Shown here: positions 1 to 8,915 of the stretch, piece after piece
Layout: each line of letters starts with the position of its first letter
Position numbering within the stretch: the stretch's first letter is position 1
Assembly: GCA_035593605.1 (NCBI GenBank)
Contig: DAOSWS010000018.1
Coordinates: forward strand, 18,140-82,139
Direction of reading: 5' to 3'
Origin: Thermoanaerobaculia bacterium
Lineage (GTDB): Bacteria > Acidobacteriota > Thermoanaerobaculia > UBA2201 > DAOSWS01
Length of the DNA: 64,000 nucleotides
The notes under the pieces: model-generated
Database searches by the model: none
The model's input: only the letters and a program-made list of their open reading frames with translations
Told to the model about the DNA's origin: nothing
Translations under genes and position numbers: made by a program

Positions 1-1365
1 GGGAAGGGGACGGTCATCCAGCCCCCCGGCCTTACCGAGGATGTCCTTCGGGATCTGCAGCAGGGATTTCAGGCGGGGTCGGGTGGCGATTCCTTTATCG
101 GACATCATCACTACCTGGAGGTATTTCCCGACACCGTTGTTACCATAGCCCAGCCTCTGCTTAATGATAGCGGGGAGACCATGGGGGTTGTGGAAGCTCT
201 GATTTCCCTTACGCCCGTCCAGGAGAGCCTTCCCAAGCCCGAAGAGGGAATGCTGGTCTATGTGATCAATACCGACGGTCAGGTTGTTCTCCACGGAAAT
301 CCCGGCCTTTCCATGACCCGTCCCGATTACAGCGATGTCCCCATCGTAGCTGATTTCATGCGCTCACCCTTTGCAACGGTCACGCGACGCTACGATTTCA
401 ACAAGAACATAGGTACGGAAACCGTGCTGGGAACGGTGGCACCGGTCGGGTCTCCCGACTGGGGCGTGGTGGTCCAGCGAGACATCTCCGTCGCCCTGCG
501 TGAAGGCTGGGCCTCGATCAAACGTGCCCTATTTATCGGGATCGTAACAATTCTTGTTGCCTTTTTCCTGGGTTATCTGCTTGCCATGATGATCTCTTCC
601 CCGTTACGCCATCTTGCAGAACACACCAAAAAGATGGCGGAGGGAGATTTTTCTTCACGGACTTCCGTTTCGGGAACGCAGGAGATTGTCACCCTTTCAA
701 ATAATTTTAACCACATGGCGGAACAGATTGAAGGATACATTGACCAGCTCAAAGTGGCCGCACGTGAAAACCGTGATCTCTTCATCAATTCCATTCAAAT
801 GATTTCCTCCGCCATTGATGCCAAGGATCCTTATACCAAGGGCCATTCGGACCGGGTTCGAAACTACAGCCTGGCGGTTGCCCGCGAGCTGGGTTTTTCT
901 CCCATCGAACTGGAAGAGCTGAACATTGCCGCCCTCCTGCACGATGTGGGGAAGATCGGGATCGATGACCGCGTTCTTCGAAAACCCTCCGCCCTGAACG
1001 ACGATGAGTTTGCCCTGATGAAGACCCATGCGGCCGTTGGAGCCTCCATCATGGAACGGGTACCCAAGCTGGATCGTATCATTCCAGGGATCAAGCACCA
1101 CCATGAAAACTGGGGAGGCGGCGGCTATCCCGACGGTCTGAAGGGGGAGCAGATCCCTGTGATTGCGCGGGTCATTGCCGTGGCAGACACCTTTGATGCC
1201 ATGACCACGGATCGCCCCTACCAGAAAGCCATGAGCTATAAATACGCAGCAGAAAAGATCCGGTCCATGACAGGAAAACGATTTGAGCCGTCTGTTGTGG
1301 AAGCGTTTTTGCGTGCCTTTGAGAAAGGAGCGTTGTTGTCCGATGATCAAGTTCACGTGGCGTAG
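1..1365 (+). CDS. Sensor HD-GYP phosphodiesterase (Cache-like periplasmic domain, TM/HAMP, HD-GYP); 5' partial, frame open to window start
   Basis: Frame 1 has no stop from nt 1 to 1365. The protein has a hydrophobic TM segment, an amphipathic HAMP-like linker, the HD motif 'LHDVGKIG' and a downstream 'GGGGYPDGLKGEQIP' GYP motif. Confidence 0.8.
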   Translation, partial: GKGTVIQPPGLTEDVLRDLQQGFQAGSGGDSFIGHHHYLEVFPDTVVTIAQPLLNDSGETMGVVEALISLTPVQESLPKPEEGMLVYVINTDGQVVLHGNPGLSMTRPDYSDVPIVADFMRSPFATVTRRYDFNKNIGTETVLGTVAPVGSPDWGVVVQRDISVALREGWASIKRALFIGIVTILVAFFLGYLLAMMISSPLRHLAEHTKKMAEGDFSSRTSVSGTQEIVTLSNNFNHMAEQIEGYIDQLKVAARENRDLFINSIQMISSAIDAKDPYTKGHSDRVRNYSLAVARELGFSPIELEELNIAALLHDVGKIGIDDRVLRKPSALNDDEFALMKTHAAVGASIMERVPKLDRIIPGIKHHHENWGGGGYPDGLKGEQIPVIARVIAVADTFDAMTTDRPYQKAMSYKYAAEKIRSMTGKRFEPSVVEAFLRAFEKGALLSDDQVHVA

Positions 1366-2116
1366 TGCCCTTTCGGTCAGTCTTCTCCTTGTCTGTGCAT
1401 GTGCAACGACTCCGAGCCAGCGGGGTGTTTTTGTGGAAAGCAAGGATATGGACCCCGTTCAGCTTTTTCAGGTCGGCGTCATGCACCTGAACGAGGGACA
1501 TCTCTCAGAGGCCCAGGGCGCCTTTCGTCAGATTGTCCAGGAAACCCCCGATAACGCTCCGGCCTGGAACAATCTTGGAAAGGCTTATCTGCTTGATAAG
1601 AAGTTCCTCGATGCCGAGTCGGCTTTTCAACAGGCCGTGAAGCTGATTCCCTCCTATGCGGACGCCCATAACAACCTGGGGGTTGTGTTCATGGAACAGG
1701 GTGACTTCGAAGGGGCGGAGAAGGAGTTTGTGCTGGCACAGCAGGACTCCACCTATCGCCTGAGCCCCATGCTCTGGTACAACATGGGCATCCTGGCCCG
1801 CAAGCGTGAGAATCCGGGAAAAGCCGTTCAATACTTCACTGAGAGCCTGAATCGAAGTGAACGGTATTTCCCATCCCTGATTGAACGGGGAGAGTGCTAC
1901 GAAGAGCTCGGCAGACCCGCGCTTTCCGTGGAGGATTACCGGGCGGCGGAAGAGTTTTCACCCAGCGATGTCGATCTTCTCTTCCGGTTCGGTCGATCCC
2001 TGGTCAAGGTTGGGGAGTATGCCGAGGCCCGAAAAAAGCTTGAGCGGGTTTGCGTGCTGGCTCCCATTGATCCGATCTGCGACGAGGCGACGTCCATACT
2101 GAATACCCTGCCCTGA
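1343..2116 (+). CDS. TPR-repeat lipoprotein
   Basis: Signal peptide with lipobox (LLVCAC); several 34-aa TPR-like repeats (AWNNLGKAY, AHNNLGVVF). Start moved to the internal ATG 'MIKF' to avoid an 80-nt overlap with the upstream gene. Confidence 0.6.
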   Translation: MIKFTWRSALSVSLLLVCACATTPSQRGVFVESKDMDPVQLFQVGVMHLNEGHLSEAQGAFRQIVQETPDNAPAWNNLGKAYLLDKKFLDAESAFQQAVKLIPSYADAHNNLGVVFMEQGDFEGAEKEFVLAQQDSTYRLSPMLWYNMGILARKRENPGKAVQYFTESLNRSERYFPSLIERGECYEELGRPALSVEDYRAAEEFSPSDVDLLFRFGRSLVKVGEYAEARKKLERVCVLAPIDPICDEATSILNTLP

Positions 2117-2117
2117 C

Positions 2118-2468
2118 ATGCCGTTTCAATACGTCCTGGCCAACCTCCTTTCCGATATTCCCACCGCGAGCGCCGTTGCGTTCCTGGATGAGGAGGGAGA
2201 GACCGTTTCCTTAATCAGTTCTCAACAATCCCATGATGACGTGAGGATTTTTGGCGCCTACCAGGGGATCTTTTTAAATCACCTGAGCCGTATTCTCAAG
2301 GACAGGGTCGATTTTTTCTCCTACAGAACTGAGTCCATGTGTTGTTATAACCTCTGTGTGGGGAAAGAATACCTGATGGTACTCCAGACGGAGACCTTTC
2401 AACCGATTGAATTCGTACGAAGACAGATGGAAAAGGCCAAGAAGGAGATCGAGGAACACGCGTTGTGA
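2118..2468 (+). CDS. Roadblock/LC7-like small protein (MglB-type fold), hypothetical
   Basis: 116-aa protein with the sequence pattern typical of the Roadblock/LC7 domain (N-terminal 'VLANLLSDIPTASAVAFLDEEGETVSL'). Tightly packed between the TPR lipoprotein and ftsY. Confidence 0.45.
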   Translation: MPFQYVLANLLSDIPTASAVAFLDEEGETVSLISSQQSHDDVRIFGAYQGIFLNHLSRILKDRVDFFSYRTESMCCYNLCVGKEYLMVLQTETFQPIEFVRRQMEKAKKEIEEHAL

Positions 2469-3361
2469 GCCGATTCTGGAACAAGATTAAAAAGGGTCTT
2501 CTCATGACCCACGATGAGATGTGGGATCGGTTGGCCACCGCGGTTCGATCCAGGGATGGGGGACCCATTCTGGAATCCCTGGAAGAGGCTCTGATCGGAG
2601 CCGATATCGGGGTTGAGCTCACCCAGACCCTTCTTGAGGGACTGGAGGAGAATCATGGAGAATGGGAAATCATGAGAACCCGGCTGCAGGATCGAATTAC
2701 GGCGATCCTGACGGGTGCGCCCTTTCCCGATCCTGGATCTGTTGCGCCGAGAATCACCCTTCTTGTGGGTGTGAACGGAAGCGGAAAGACGACTACCGCC
2801 GCGAAGCTGGCAAGCCGGGAAATGATCCAAGGCTATAAACCTCTTCTCGTGGCCGCGGACACATTTCGGGCCGGTGCCATCGATCAGCTGAAAATCTGGG
2901 GTGAACGACTGAACGTTCCCGTGATTGCTCATCAGCCCGGGGGAGATCCCGCTGCCGTAGTCTATGATGCCCTGAATGCATCCGCGTCCCGGGAAGCCAA
3001 TTCCATCATCATCGATACGGCCGGTCGTCTCCACACCAAAGCCCCCCTCATGGCCGAGCTCTCGAAAATATACCGGATCATCGAACGGTACGATCCGGAT
3101 GCCCCGCACCTGTCTCTGCTCGTTCTCGATGCTACGTCGGGTCAGAACGGTCTTGTGCAGGCGAAAGAGTTTCTGAATGCCGTCCATGTGAACGGCGTGA
3201 TACTCACCAAGCTCGATGGAACGGCGAAGGGCGGCGTCGTGGTGCGAATCGTGAATGAGCTGGGTCTTCCCGTCCTCTTTGTCGGTGTAGGAGAGGGTAC
3301 CGATGACCTGATCCCGTTTGATCCGGAGGATTTTTCCCGTGCCCTCTTTGCGGAAGAATGA
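2465..3361 (+). CDS. ftsY: Signal recognition particle receptor FtsY (short form)
   Basis: SRP GTPase motifs GVNGSGKTTT, DTAGR and TKLDG. Confidence 0.9.
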   Translation: MSRFWNKIKKGLLMTHDEMWDRLATAVRSRDGGPILESLEEALIGADIGVELTQTLLEGLEENHGEWEIMRTRLQDRITAILTGAPFPDPGSVAPRITLLVGVNGSGKTTTAAKLASREMIQGYKPLLVAADTFRAGAIDQLKIWGERLNVPVIAHQPGGDPAAVVYDALNASASREANSIIIDTAGRLHTKAPLMAELSKIYRIIERYDPDAPHLSLLVLDATSGQNGLVQAKEFLNAVHVNGVILTKLDGTAKGGVVVRIVNELGLPVLFVGVGEGTDDLIPFDPEDFSRALFAEE

Positions 3362-3371
3362 TCGGGATTAC

Positions 3372-4442
3372 ATGGCCCGGGCACTGAACCTGGCCCGGCG
3401 CGGAATCTACACCACGACGCCGAATCCGATGGTCGGGGCGGTGATCGTGAAAAACAATCGGATTATCGGGGAGGGATATCACGTCCGGGCCGGTGAAGCC
3501 CATGCGGAAGTCCGGGCTCTGGATCGGGCGGGCCGGAAAGCCCGGGGAGCTACTCTTTACTGCTCCCTGGAACCCTGCTGTACGCACGGCCGCACTCCTC
3601 CCTGTACGGAAGCCATCGTGGCGGGAGGAATTCGAAAGGTCGTGGTCGCCTCCGAAGATCCGAACCCCGATATTCGGGGGCGAGGATTGGATCTCCTTCG
3701 AAGGGCCGGCCTGGAGGTTGAGTCCGGGCTTATGGAACGGGAGGCCCGTTTCCTTAACCGCCGGTTTTTCTATGTTATGACTCGCGGAAGACCCTACGTC
3801 TATCTCAAATGGGCGGCCACCCTGGATGGTTATCTGGCCGAGCCGGAGGGGAAGGCGAAATGGATTTCGGGAGAAAAAGCGCGGAAAGCGGGAAAACGGA
3901 TCCGACATCTGGTTGATGCCATTATCGTTGGTGTTCAAACCGTCCTTCACGACGATCCCGTCCTGGACCGTCTTCCTTTCGCGGGCCCATCCGTGCCGCT
4001 GAAGAGAATCATCATGGATCCCGATTTGAGGGTTCCACCCGATGCCGCGCTCTTTCGCCAGGGCAGGGGGCCGGTCATCCTGATCCACGCCTCAACGTCG
4101 CCTCGCCAGAAAGCATTGCAGGATGCGGGAGCCAGGCTGATGCGGCTTCCCCTTCAAGAGGGGCGCTTTTCCATGGATGATCTCATGCAGACCTTTCGCA
4201 CGCTTGGAATTACCTCCATCCTGGTGGAAGGGGGCGGACAGACTCTGGGTACCTTTCTCTCCGGAGGAGAGGTTCAGGAAGGATTTACCTTCGTTGCCCC
4301 CCTCATTCTCGGTCAGGGCCGACCTCTGGCCGGGCCGAAGCAGGTGCCTTTGGAAGAGTCGAAACGTTACACCCTTCTGAATCAAAGACGAATCGGTAAC
4401 GATACGATGATTCACTGGATCTCGCCGTGTTTACGGGACTGA
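3372..4442 (+). CDS. ribD: Bifunctional riboflavin biosynthesis deaminase/reductase RibD
   Basis: CMP/dCMP deaminase zinc motifs HAEVRAL and CSLEPCCTHGRTPPC, followed by a reductase domain. Start at the ATG after the ftsY stop. Confidence 0.85.
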   Translation: MARALNLARRGIYTTTPNPMVGAVIVKNNRIIGEGYHVRAGEAHAEVRALDRAGRKARGATLYCSLEPCCTHGRTPPCTEAIVAGGIRKVVVASEDPNPDIRGRGLDLLRRAGLEVESGLMEREARFLNRRFFYVMTRGRPYVYLKWAATLDGYLAEPEGKAKWISGEKARKAGKRIRHLVDAIIVGVQTVLHDDPVLDRLPFAGPSVPLKRIIMDPDLRVPPDAALFRQGRGPVILIHASTSPRQKALQDAGARLMRLPLQEGRFSMDDLMQTFRTLGITSILVEGGGQTLGTFLSGGEVQEGFTFVAPLILGQGRPLAGPKQVPLEESKRYTLLNQRRIGNDTMIHWISPCLRD

Positions 4443-5017
4443 TCAAGGATCTTGGAACGATTGTGTCTTCCCGCTCCCGGGGGGGAGGACTGGAAATTGA
4501 GGTGCTCCCCACAGGTCTCCGTGCGGTGGCTGAGGGAGAAAGCATTGCGGTAAATGGAGTCTGCCTGACCCTGGATACCATGCACGGCGCCCGGATGGTC
4601 TTTTCCGTCTCACCGGAGACGATCTCCCGTTCCCATCGATCCAAATGGCAAAAAGGCCGAAGGGTTAATCTTGAACCGGCCCTTTCCCCCACGGATCGGA
4701 TGGGAGGTCATTTCGTCCAGGGGCATGTGGATGGAGTTGGAAACGTTACCGGCCTGAAACGGGGCCACTTCTGGACTCTCACGGTGGAAGTGCCGGATCC
4801 CCTATTGCGGTACACGGTTCCCAAGGGGAGTATTGCCGTGGACGGGATCAGCCTGACCATCGCCGCAATTGCCCGGAGCACCCTCACCTTTGCCCTGATT
4901 CCCCATTCGATCCAGGCCACGACGCTTTCCGACATGAAACCCACAACTCCTGTTCATCTTGAAGTGGATATTCTCGCGAAGTATGTGGAGCGTCTTCTGA
5001 CTCATGCGTCAGATTGA
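4427..5017 (+). CDS. ribE: Riboflavin synthase alpha subunit
   Basis: N-terminus MFTGLIKDLGT; two lumazine-binding repeats. Confidence 0.85.
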   Translation: MFTGLIKDLGTIVSSRSRGGGLEIEVLPTGLRAVAEGESIAVNGVCLTLDTMHGARMVFSVSPETISRSHRSKWQKGRRVNLEPALSPTDRMGGHFVQGHVDGVGNVTGLKRGHFWTLTVEVPDPLLRYTVPKGSIAVDGISLTIAAIARSTLTFALIPHSIQATTLSDMKPTTPVHLEVDILAKYVERLLTHASD

Positions 5018-6041
5018 TCAGGCGGGGGTGACGGCCGGAACCCTGGTCCATCACCGTTCGGTGAAGGTTCCGCATTTTTTTCACACGGCCACGCTGAAGC
5101 CCTATGAGCTTGTCTCCCGTTCCATTCTCTCCTTCGACCCTCTGAAGAGGCAGGTATTGCCTCCTTCCTCCCAGGATGAGTACAGGGTCGTGAGCCGGGA
5201 TGCGTTGAGGGAAAGCGCCAGAACGCTCTCGGAGGAAGTAATCCTGATCCCCCACCTTCCGCCGGAGGATCGTATTCTGGAACGGCTGGAGGATCTGTGT
5301 AATGCACTTTATTCGAGGGGAAATGCGATCCTGGTTCATGTCGAGGGGCCTCCCTTTCCATCTCTTCCGTCGATCGTCACTCCCCTTGTCTCCCTCTTTC
5401 CCGTCATGTCGGGCCAGACAGACCTCGATTCTTTTTTTACAGGACTGTCCGCACTGGCTCCCTGCGGGATACCTGTTCTTTTCTTTCCCCTCCTTCCCGG
5501 CATCAGTGATGGGCATAGAATGGCGGTGCTTCTTTCCACGATACGCATCTCCATTCCAACATCCTGCGTGGTCCCCATGGTGCCCCTCCTGGACCATGTT
5601 TCCACCACCCTGATCCTGGATCTGGTGGATCGCGGTCAGGGGGATGCGGGACGTGCCTATCACCTTCTCTTCCAGACGGCGCGAAGTGAAATCGACCGGC
5701 GTCTGATGGATGAGTTCTTCGAATCATTCAAGGGACCGGAATTCACGGGTCTGATTCCGCTTCAAACGGCAAATCCCCTCCGGAAAGAAAATCTGATGTG
5801 GGCGCAGCGATGCTACCTTCTCTGGCATTCTCTCCTCGAAAGGGGAGATGACGATGTTGCCTGGGCCTGGTACCGTGCCGCCCGGAAGATCTGGGGCCTG
5901 AACCTGTCCCTTTCGACCATGTTCAACGAAGGAAACCTCTCCCTGCTGGAGCTGGATGGCCGGATCATGCGTTCTCTGTCCGCCGTATTTCAGGGTGAAG
6001 AGAGCCGTCTTGATCCGGTAGAAGTCCAATGGATGCCGTAA
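5004..6041 (+). CDS. Hypothetical protein, no recognisable domain, between ribE and hemW
   Basis: 345-aa ORF in operon-like spacing, with codon usage like its neighbours. I recognise no motifs in it. Confidence 0.45.
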   Translation: MRQIDQAGVTAGTLVHHRSVKVPHFFHTATLKPYELVSRSILSFDPLKRQVLPPSSQDEYRVVSRDALRESARTLSEEVILIPHLPPEDRILERLEDLCNALYSRGNAILVHVEGPPFPSLPSIVTPLVSLFPVMSGQTDLDSFFTGLSALAPCGIPVLFFPLLPGISDGHRMAVLLSTIRISIPTSCVVPMVPLLDHVSTTLILDLVDRGQGDAGRAYHLLFQTARSEIDRRLMDEFFESFKGPEFTGLIPLQTANPLRKENLMWAQRCYLLWHSLLERGDDDVAWAWYRAARKIWGLNLSLSTMFNEGNLSLLELDGRIMRSLSAVFQGEESRLDPVEVQWMP

Positions 6042-7138
6042 GCCTCTACATTCATATCCCCTATTGCCTGTCCCGATGCGTTTACTGTGATTTCAAGACC
6101 TCTACCGACCTGCACACTCTGTGTAAGTATCCGGGTGCTGTCGCGCATGAAATCGCACGGAGAGGGGGAATTCACGGTTGTGGGGCCACTCTCTATTTTG
6201 GAGGGGGGACACCCTCCCTCGTGGATCCCGAGGATCTGTACACGCTTGTGACGCTTGCGGGGCTGTCGGGAGATGGAGAAGTAACCCTGGAGGTCAACCC
6301 GGATGATGTGACGCCGGAACGCATGTCGGCCTGGAAATCCGCCGGAATCAATCGAATCTCGCTTGGGGTTCAGACCATGAACGAAGAAGAGCTGGTCCTG
6401 GTCCGGCGGCGCCATCGTGCCGAAGAGAGCCGACGGGCCATGAAGCTTGCGTCGGACCGCTTCGCAAACTGGAGCGTTGATCTTATTGCAGGGTTTCCAG
6501 GCCAGAGCTGGGACTCGCTGATGACAACTCTCCGGGAGATCGTTCTCTATGCGCCGCCCCACCTTTCTCTTTACGCGCTGGAGTTTGATTCGGACAATCC
6601 CCTCACCGTCGATCCGGATCATCAGGCTTCCCTTCTCCGCCGGGCATGGGAATGGCTTGGAAACCAGGGCTACAGGCACTATGAGGTTTCCAATTTTTGC
6701 AGGGGACAGGCACGGTGCCTCCACAACCTCACCTATTGGAGACGGGGAGAATATCTGGGGTTTGGCGCTGCAGCCCACTCCTTTTTTCGAGGGGTCCGCA
6801 GATGGAACCTCTATCCTGTGGATCGGTACCTGGACGCACTATCCAGAGATGAAGATCCGGTTGAGGGCATGGAGGTAATAGATCCCCGGCAGTCCTTGTG
6901 GGAAAGGATCATGCTGGGACTTCGCCTGGATGAAGGAATTCCCGATACCTGGCTTTCCGCCGGGACGCTGGACGCCTGGTTGACGCAGGGGTACTGCGAC
7001 CTGATCCGCAATAGAGTCTGTATGCAGGAAGCCGGATGGATGGTTCTCAGCGAACTTCTGGCTTCAGCAGAGGAAGACGATAGGTGGACCACCAGCGCAG
7101 GAAGAGGAGAAAGTGGTCGTTCGAGCGAGACTCAATAA
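6029..7138 (+). CDS. hemW: Radical SAM haem chaperone HemW (HemN-like, oxygen-independent coproporphyrinogen oxidase family)
   Basis: Radical SAM CxxxCxxC motif (YCLSRCVYCDF) near the N-terminus; HemN/HemW-like architecture. Confidence 0.85.
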   Translation: MDAVSLYIHIPYCLSRCVYCDFKTSTDLHTLCKYPGAVAHEIARRGGIHGCGATLYFGGGTPSLVDPEDLYTLVTLAGLSGDGEVTLEVNPDDVTPERMSAWKSAGINRISLGVQTMNEEELVLVRRRHRAEESRRAMKLASDRFANWSVDLIAGFPGQSWDSLMTTLREIVLYAPPHLSLYALEFDSDNPLTVDPDHQASLLRRAWEWLGNQGYRHYEVSNFCRGQARCLHNLTYWRRGEYLGFGAAAHSFFRGVRRWNLYPVDRYLDALSRDEDPVEGMEVIDPRQSLWERIMLGLRLDEGIPDTWLSAGTLDAWLTQGYCDLIRNRVCMQEAGWMVLSELLASAEEDDRWTTSAGRGESGRSSETQ

Positions 7139-7673
7139 AGTGACATAGTTCCATTTCGCGGATGGATCGATCCAGGGGCCATCGGTAGGTCAGCATCCGA
7201 TAAGCCGCGATCACCAGGCCTGTCCTCTCTCTGCCGTTGTTGCAATGAACAAAGACGGGGGGGGGGGACTCCAGGACCGCACGCAGAATCAGGTTGAGCT
7301 GGGAATTGAGGTAGTTGATATCGGTCTTCGACGTACTCAACGGGATGTGAACATAATAGATGCGCTTGTTTTTATCCCGAGTCTTTGTGTTCATTTCAAG
7401 GATATTTTGCCCTTCGCGTCCCCCGAGAGCCCGCAGGTTGATGATCGTTTTAATGCCCATGGACTGGAGAGTTTCATATCCGTTGATATTTCCACGGATA
7501 AAGGGCTGGCCCCCCCGGTATACCTGATTGTCCACGCGGGCCCAGTTGATCAGACCGTCTCCACGGTCGGAAAGGGAAGTGAGGTCCTTTGTGCAGGGAG
7601 CACATCCCGGACAGTCCGATGCCAGGCACAGAGAAGCCTGAATTGCCAGGAGAAACAAAACTGTTCGGAACAT
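7047..7673 (-). CDS. Secreted dual-specificity / tyrosine phosphatase (CX5R)
   Basis: N-terminal signal peptide; catalytic P-loop HCNNGRERTG (CX5R). Contains a C11 homopolymer (plus-strand G11 at 7257-7267) encoding SPPP just upstream of the catalytic Cys. Confidence 0.75.
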   Translation of the reverse strand: MFRTVLFLLAIQASLCLASDCPGCAPCTKDLTSLSDRGDGLINWARVDNQVYRGGQPFIRGNINGYETLQSMGIKTIINLRALGGREGQNILEMNTKTRDKNKRIYYVHIPLSTSKTDINYLNSQLNLILRAVLESPPPVFVHCNNGRERTGLVIAAYRMLTYRWPLDRSIREMELCHFIESRSNDHFLLFLRWWSTYRLPLLKPEVR

Positions 7674-7733
7674 GTTTGTCCATTATCCCATAGAGAAAGG
7701 GGGGCTTCAAGGAGACATGGTGATGCGATTATA

Positions 7734-8567
7734 ATGTGCATCATGTCGAATCACTCTCAGTGGTGGAATCTTCTCCGGCCTCCCGAAGCCGCTCTTGCAG
7801 CCCTTTTTCCCCTGGCGGGATTCTGGTTGAATCATGGCGGAGGGATCCCACCTTTTTTCCTCGCCGGGACCGCAGTTCTTTTCGGGTTCGGACTTGTTGT
7901 CGATAATGGAATCGAGGGCTACCTCTTCCATGAAAAGGATGCCGTCGGCGGGGATTATCCCGTTCATCTCTTCTCGTCCCATCTGGAATGGGCGAGAAAT
8001 CTCAGGACCCTCTTTTATGTATCCTTTCTTCTTCTATCCTTCCTGAACGGCGGAACTGTCTTTGCCGCAGGTGCGGTGAGCTATTTCTGTGCGCGTCTCT
8101 ATAACGACCACAGGGTCTCCGCAAAGGCCCATCCGCCCCTAGGTCTGATCTGTCACTTTCTGGGTGGTTTTTCCTTCTTTCTCTACGGTGGATTCTGGGA
8201 TGGACTGATCCTTCCCCCCATCACCCTTCCCGGTCTCGCTCTTTCCGCGATCTGTTCGGGCGGGTATCTTAACCATCTCGACCTTGATCGAGATCGTGAC
8301 TTTCATCAGGGAATATCCACCCTGGCGCACCGTTTTTCAAAAAAGGTCCTGGCCTGGATGGCCTGTTCCTTTATTGTGGCCGGAGACGGACTCCTGGCCT
8401 TCTGGTTTTTTCCTCAAAGGATCGGAATGTCATGGATCATGGTAGCGACAGGGGTTTTCGTTCTGGCGGCACGGATCCTTCTTGTTTCTCCCAGATCTTT
8501 TCGCACGTTGTACCGGGCGATTCATGGAGTTTCCCTTGCAGGGCTTATGGTTCTTCTATGGGTCTGA
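7734..8567 (+). CDS. UbiA-family-like polytopic membrane prenyltransferase (putative)
   Basis: Multiple TM helices; Asp-rich motifs 'YNDHRVSAKAH' and 'HLDLDRDRD'. Start set at the first ATG after the antisense overlap with the phosphatase gene. Confidence 0.5.
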   Translation: MCIMSNHSQWWNLLRPPEAALAALFPLAGFWLNHGGGIPPFFLAGTAVLFGFGLVVDNGIEGYLFHEKDAVGGDYPVHLFSSHLEWARNLRTLFYVSFLLLSFLNGGTVFAAGAVSYFCARLYNDHRVSAKAHPPLGLICHFLGGFSFFLYGGFWDGLILPPITLPGLALSAICSGGYLNHLDLDRDRDFHQGISTLAHRFSKKVLAWMACSFIVAGDGLLAFWFFPQRIGMSWIMVATGVFVLAARILLVSPRSFRTLYRAIHGVSLAGLMVLLWV

Positions 8568-8588
8568 TGTTTCAGGGTACACCCTGGA

Positions 8589-8885
8589 TCAGGAGGGTTT
8601 TTCCCCCTTGTCGGAAGGGCCGCCATATTCAGTGCGAATAGGCCCGAACGATTGTTCATATTGAGCGATGTTCATTTTTAGGGTTTCGAGAATTCGCTTG
8701 GCGTGAAAGGGCGTGGTAATCAGCCTTGCATGGATTTTGACTTCGGGCTTTCCCGGAACCACACGGCCCAGATCCAGGACAAATTCGGTAGGATTGTGAA
8801 AAATATTTGCAAAATTCACATAAATACCCTGATCAACATCGTCGCCTACGATTACTTTCAGCTGAACCTGTTTTGTTTCGTCCAT
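8589..8885 (-). CDS. Small conserved hypothetical protein (DUF3467-like)
   Basis: 98-aa ORF whose start is adjacent to a divergent promoter region; resembles the DUF3467 family from memory. Confidence 0.4.
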   Translation of the reverse strand: MDETKQVQLKVIVGDDVDQGIYVNFANIFHNPTEFVLDLGRVVPGKPEVKIHARLITTPFHAKRILETLKMNIAQYEQSFGPIRTEYGGPSDKGEKPS

Positions 8886-8915
8886 GACGGTATAATACCA
8901 GAATAAGGAGGTGCC

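Noticed and set aside
2399-4088. Minus-strand ORFs of 262 and 294 aa
   Set aside because: Antisense to ftsY and ribD, which have diagnostic motifs.
7245-7733. N-terminal 160 aa of the 440-aa plus-strand ORF
   Set aside because: Antisense to the phosphatase gene, which has a catalytic motif. The membrane protein more plausibly starts at the ATG near 7734.
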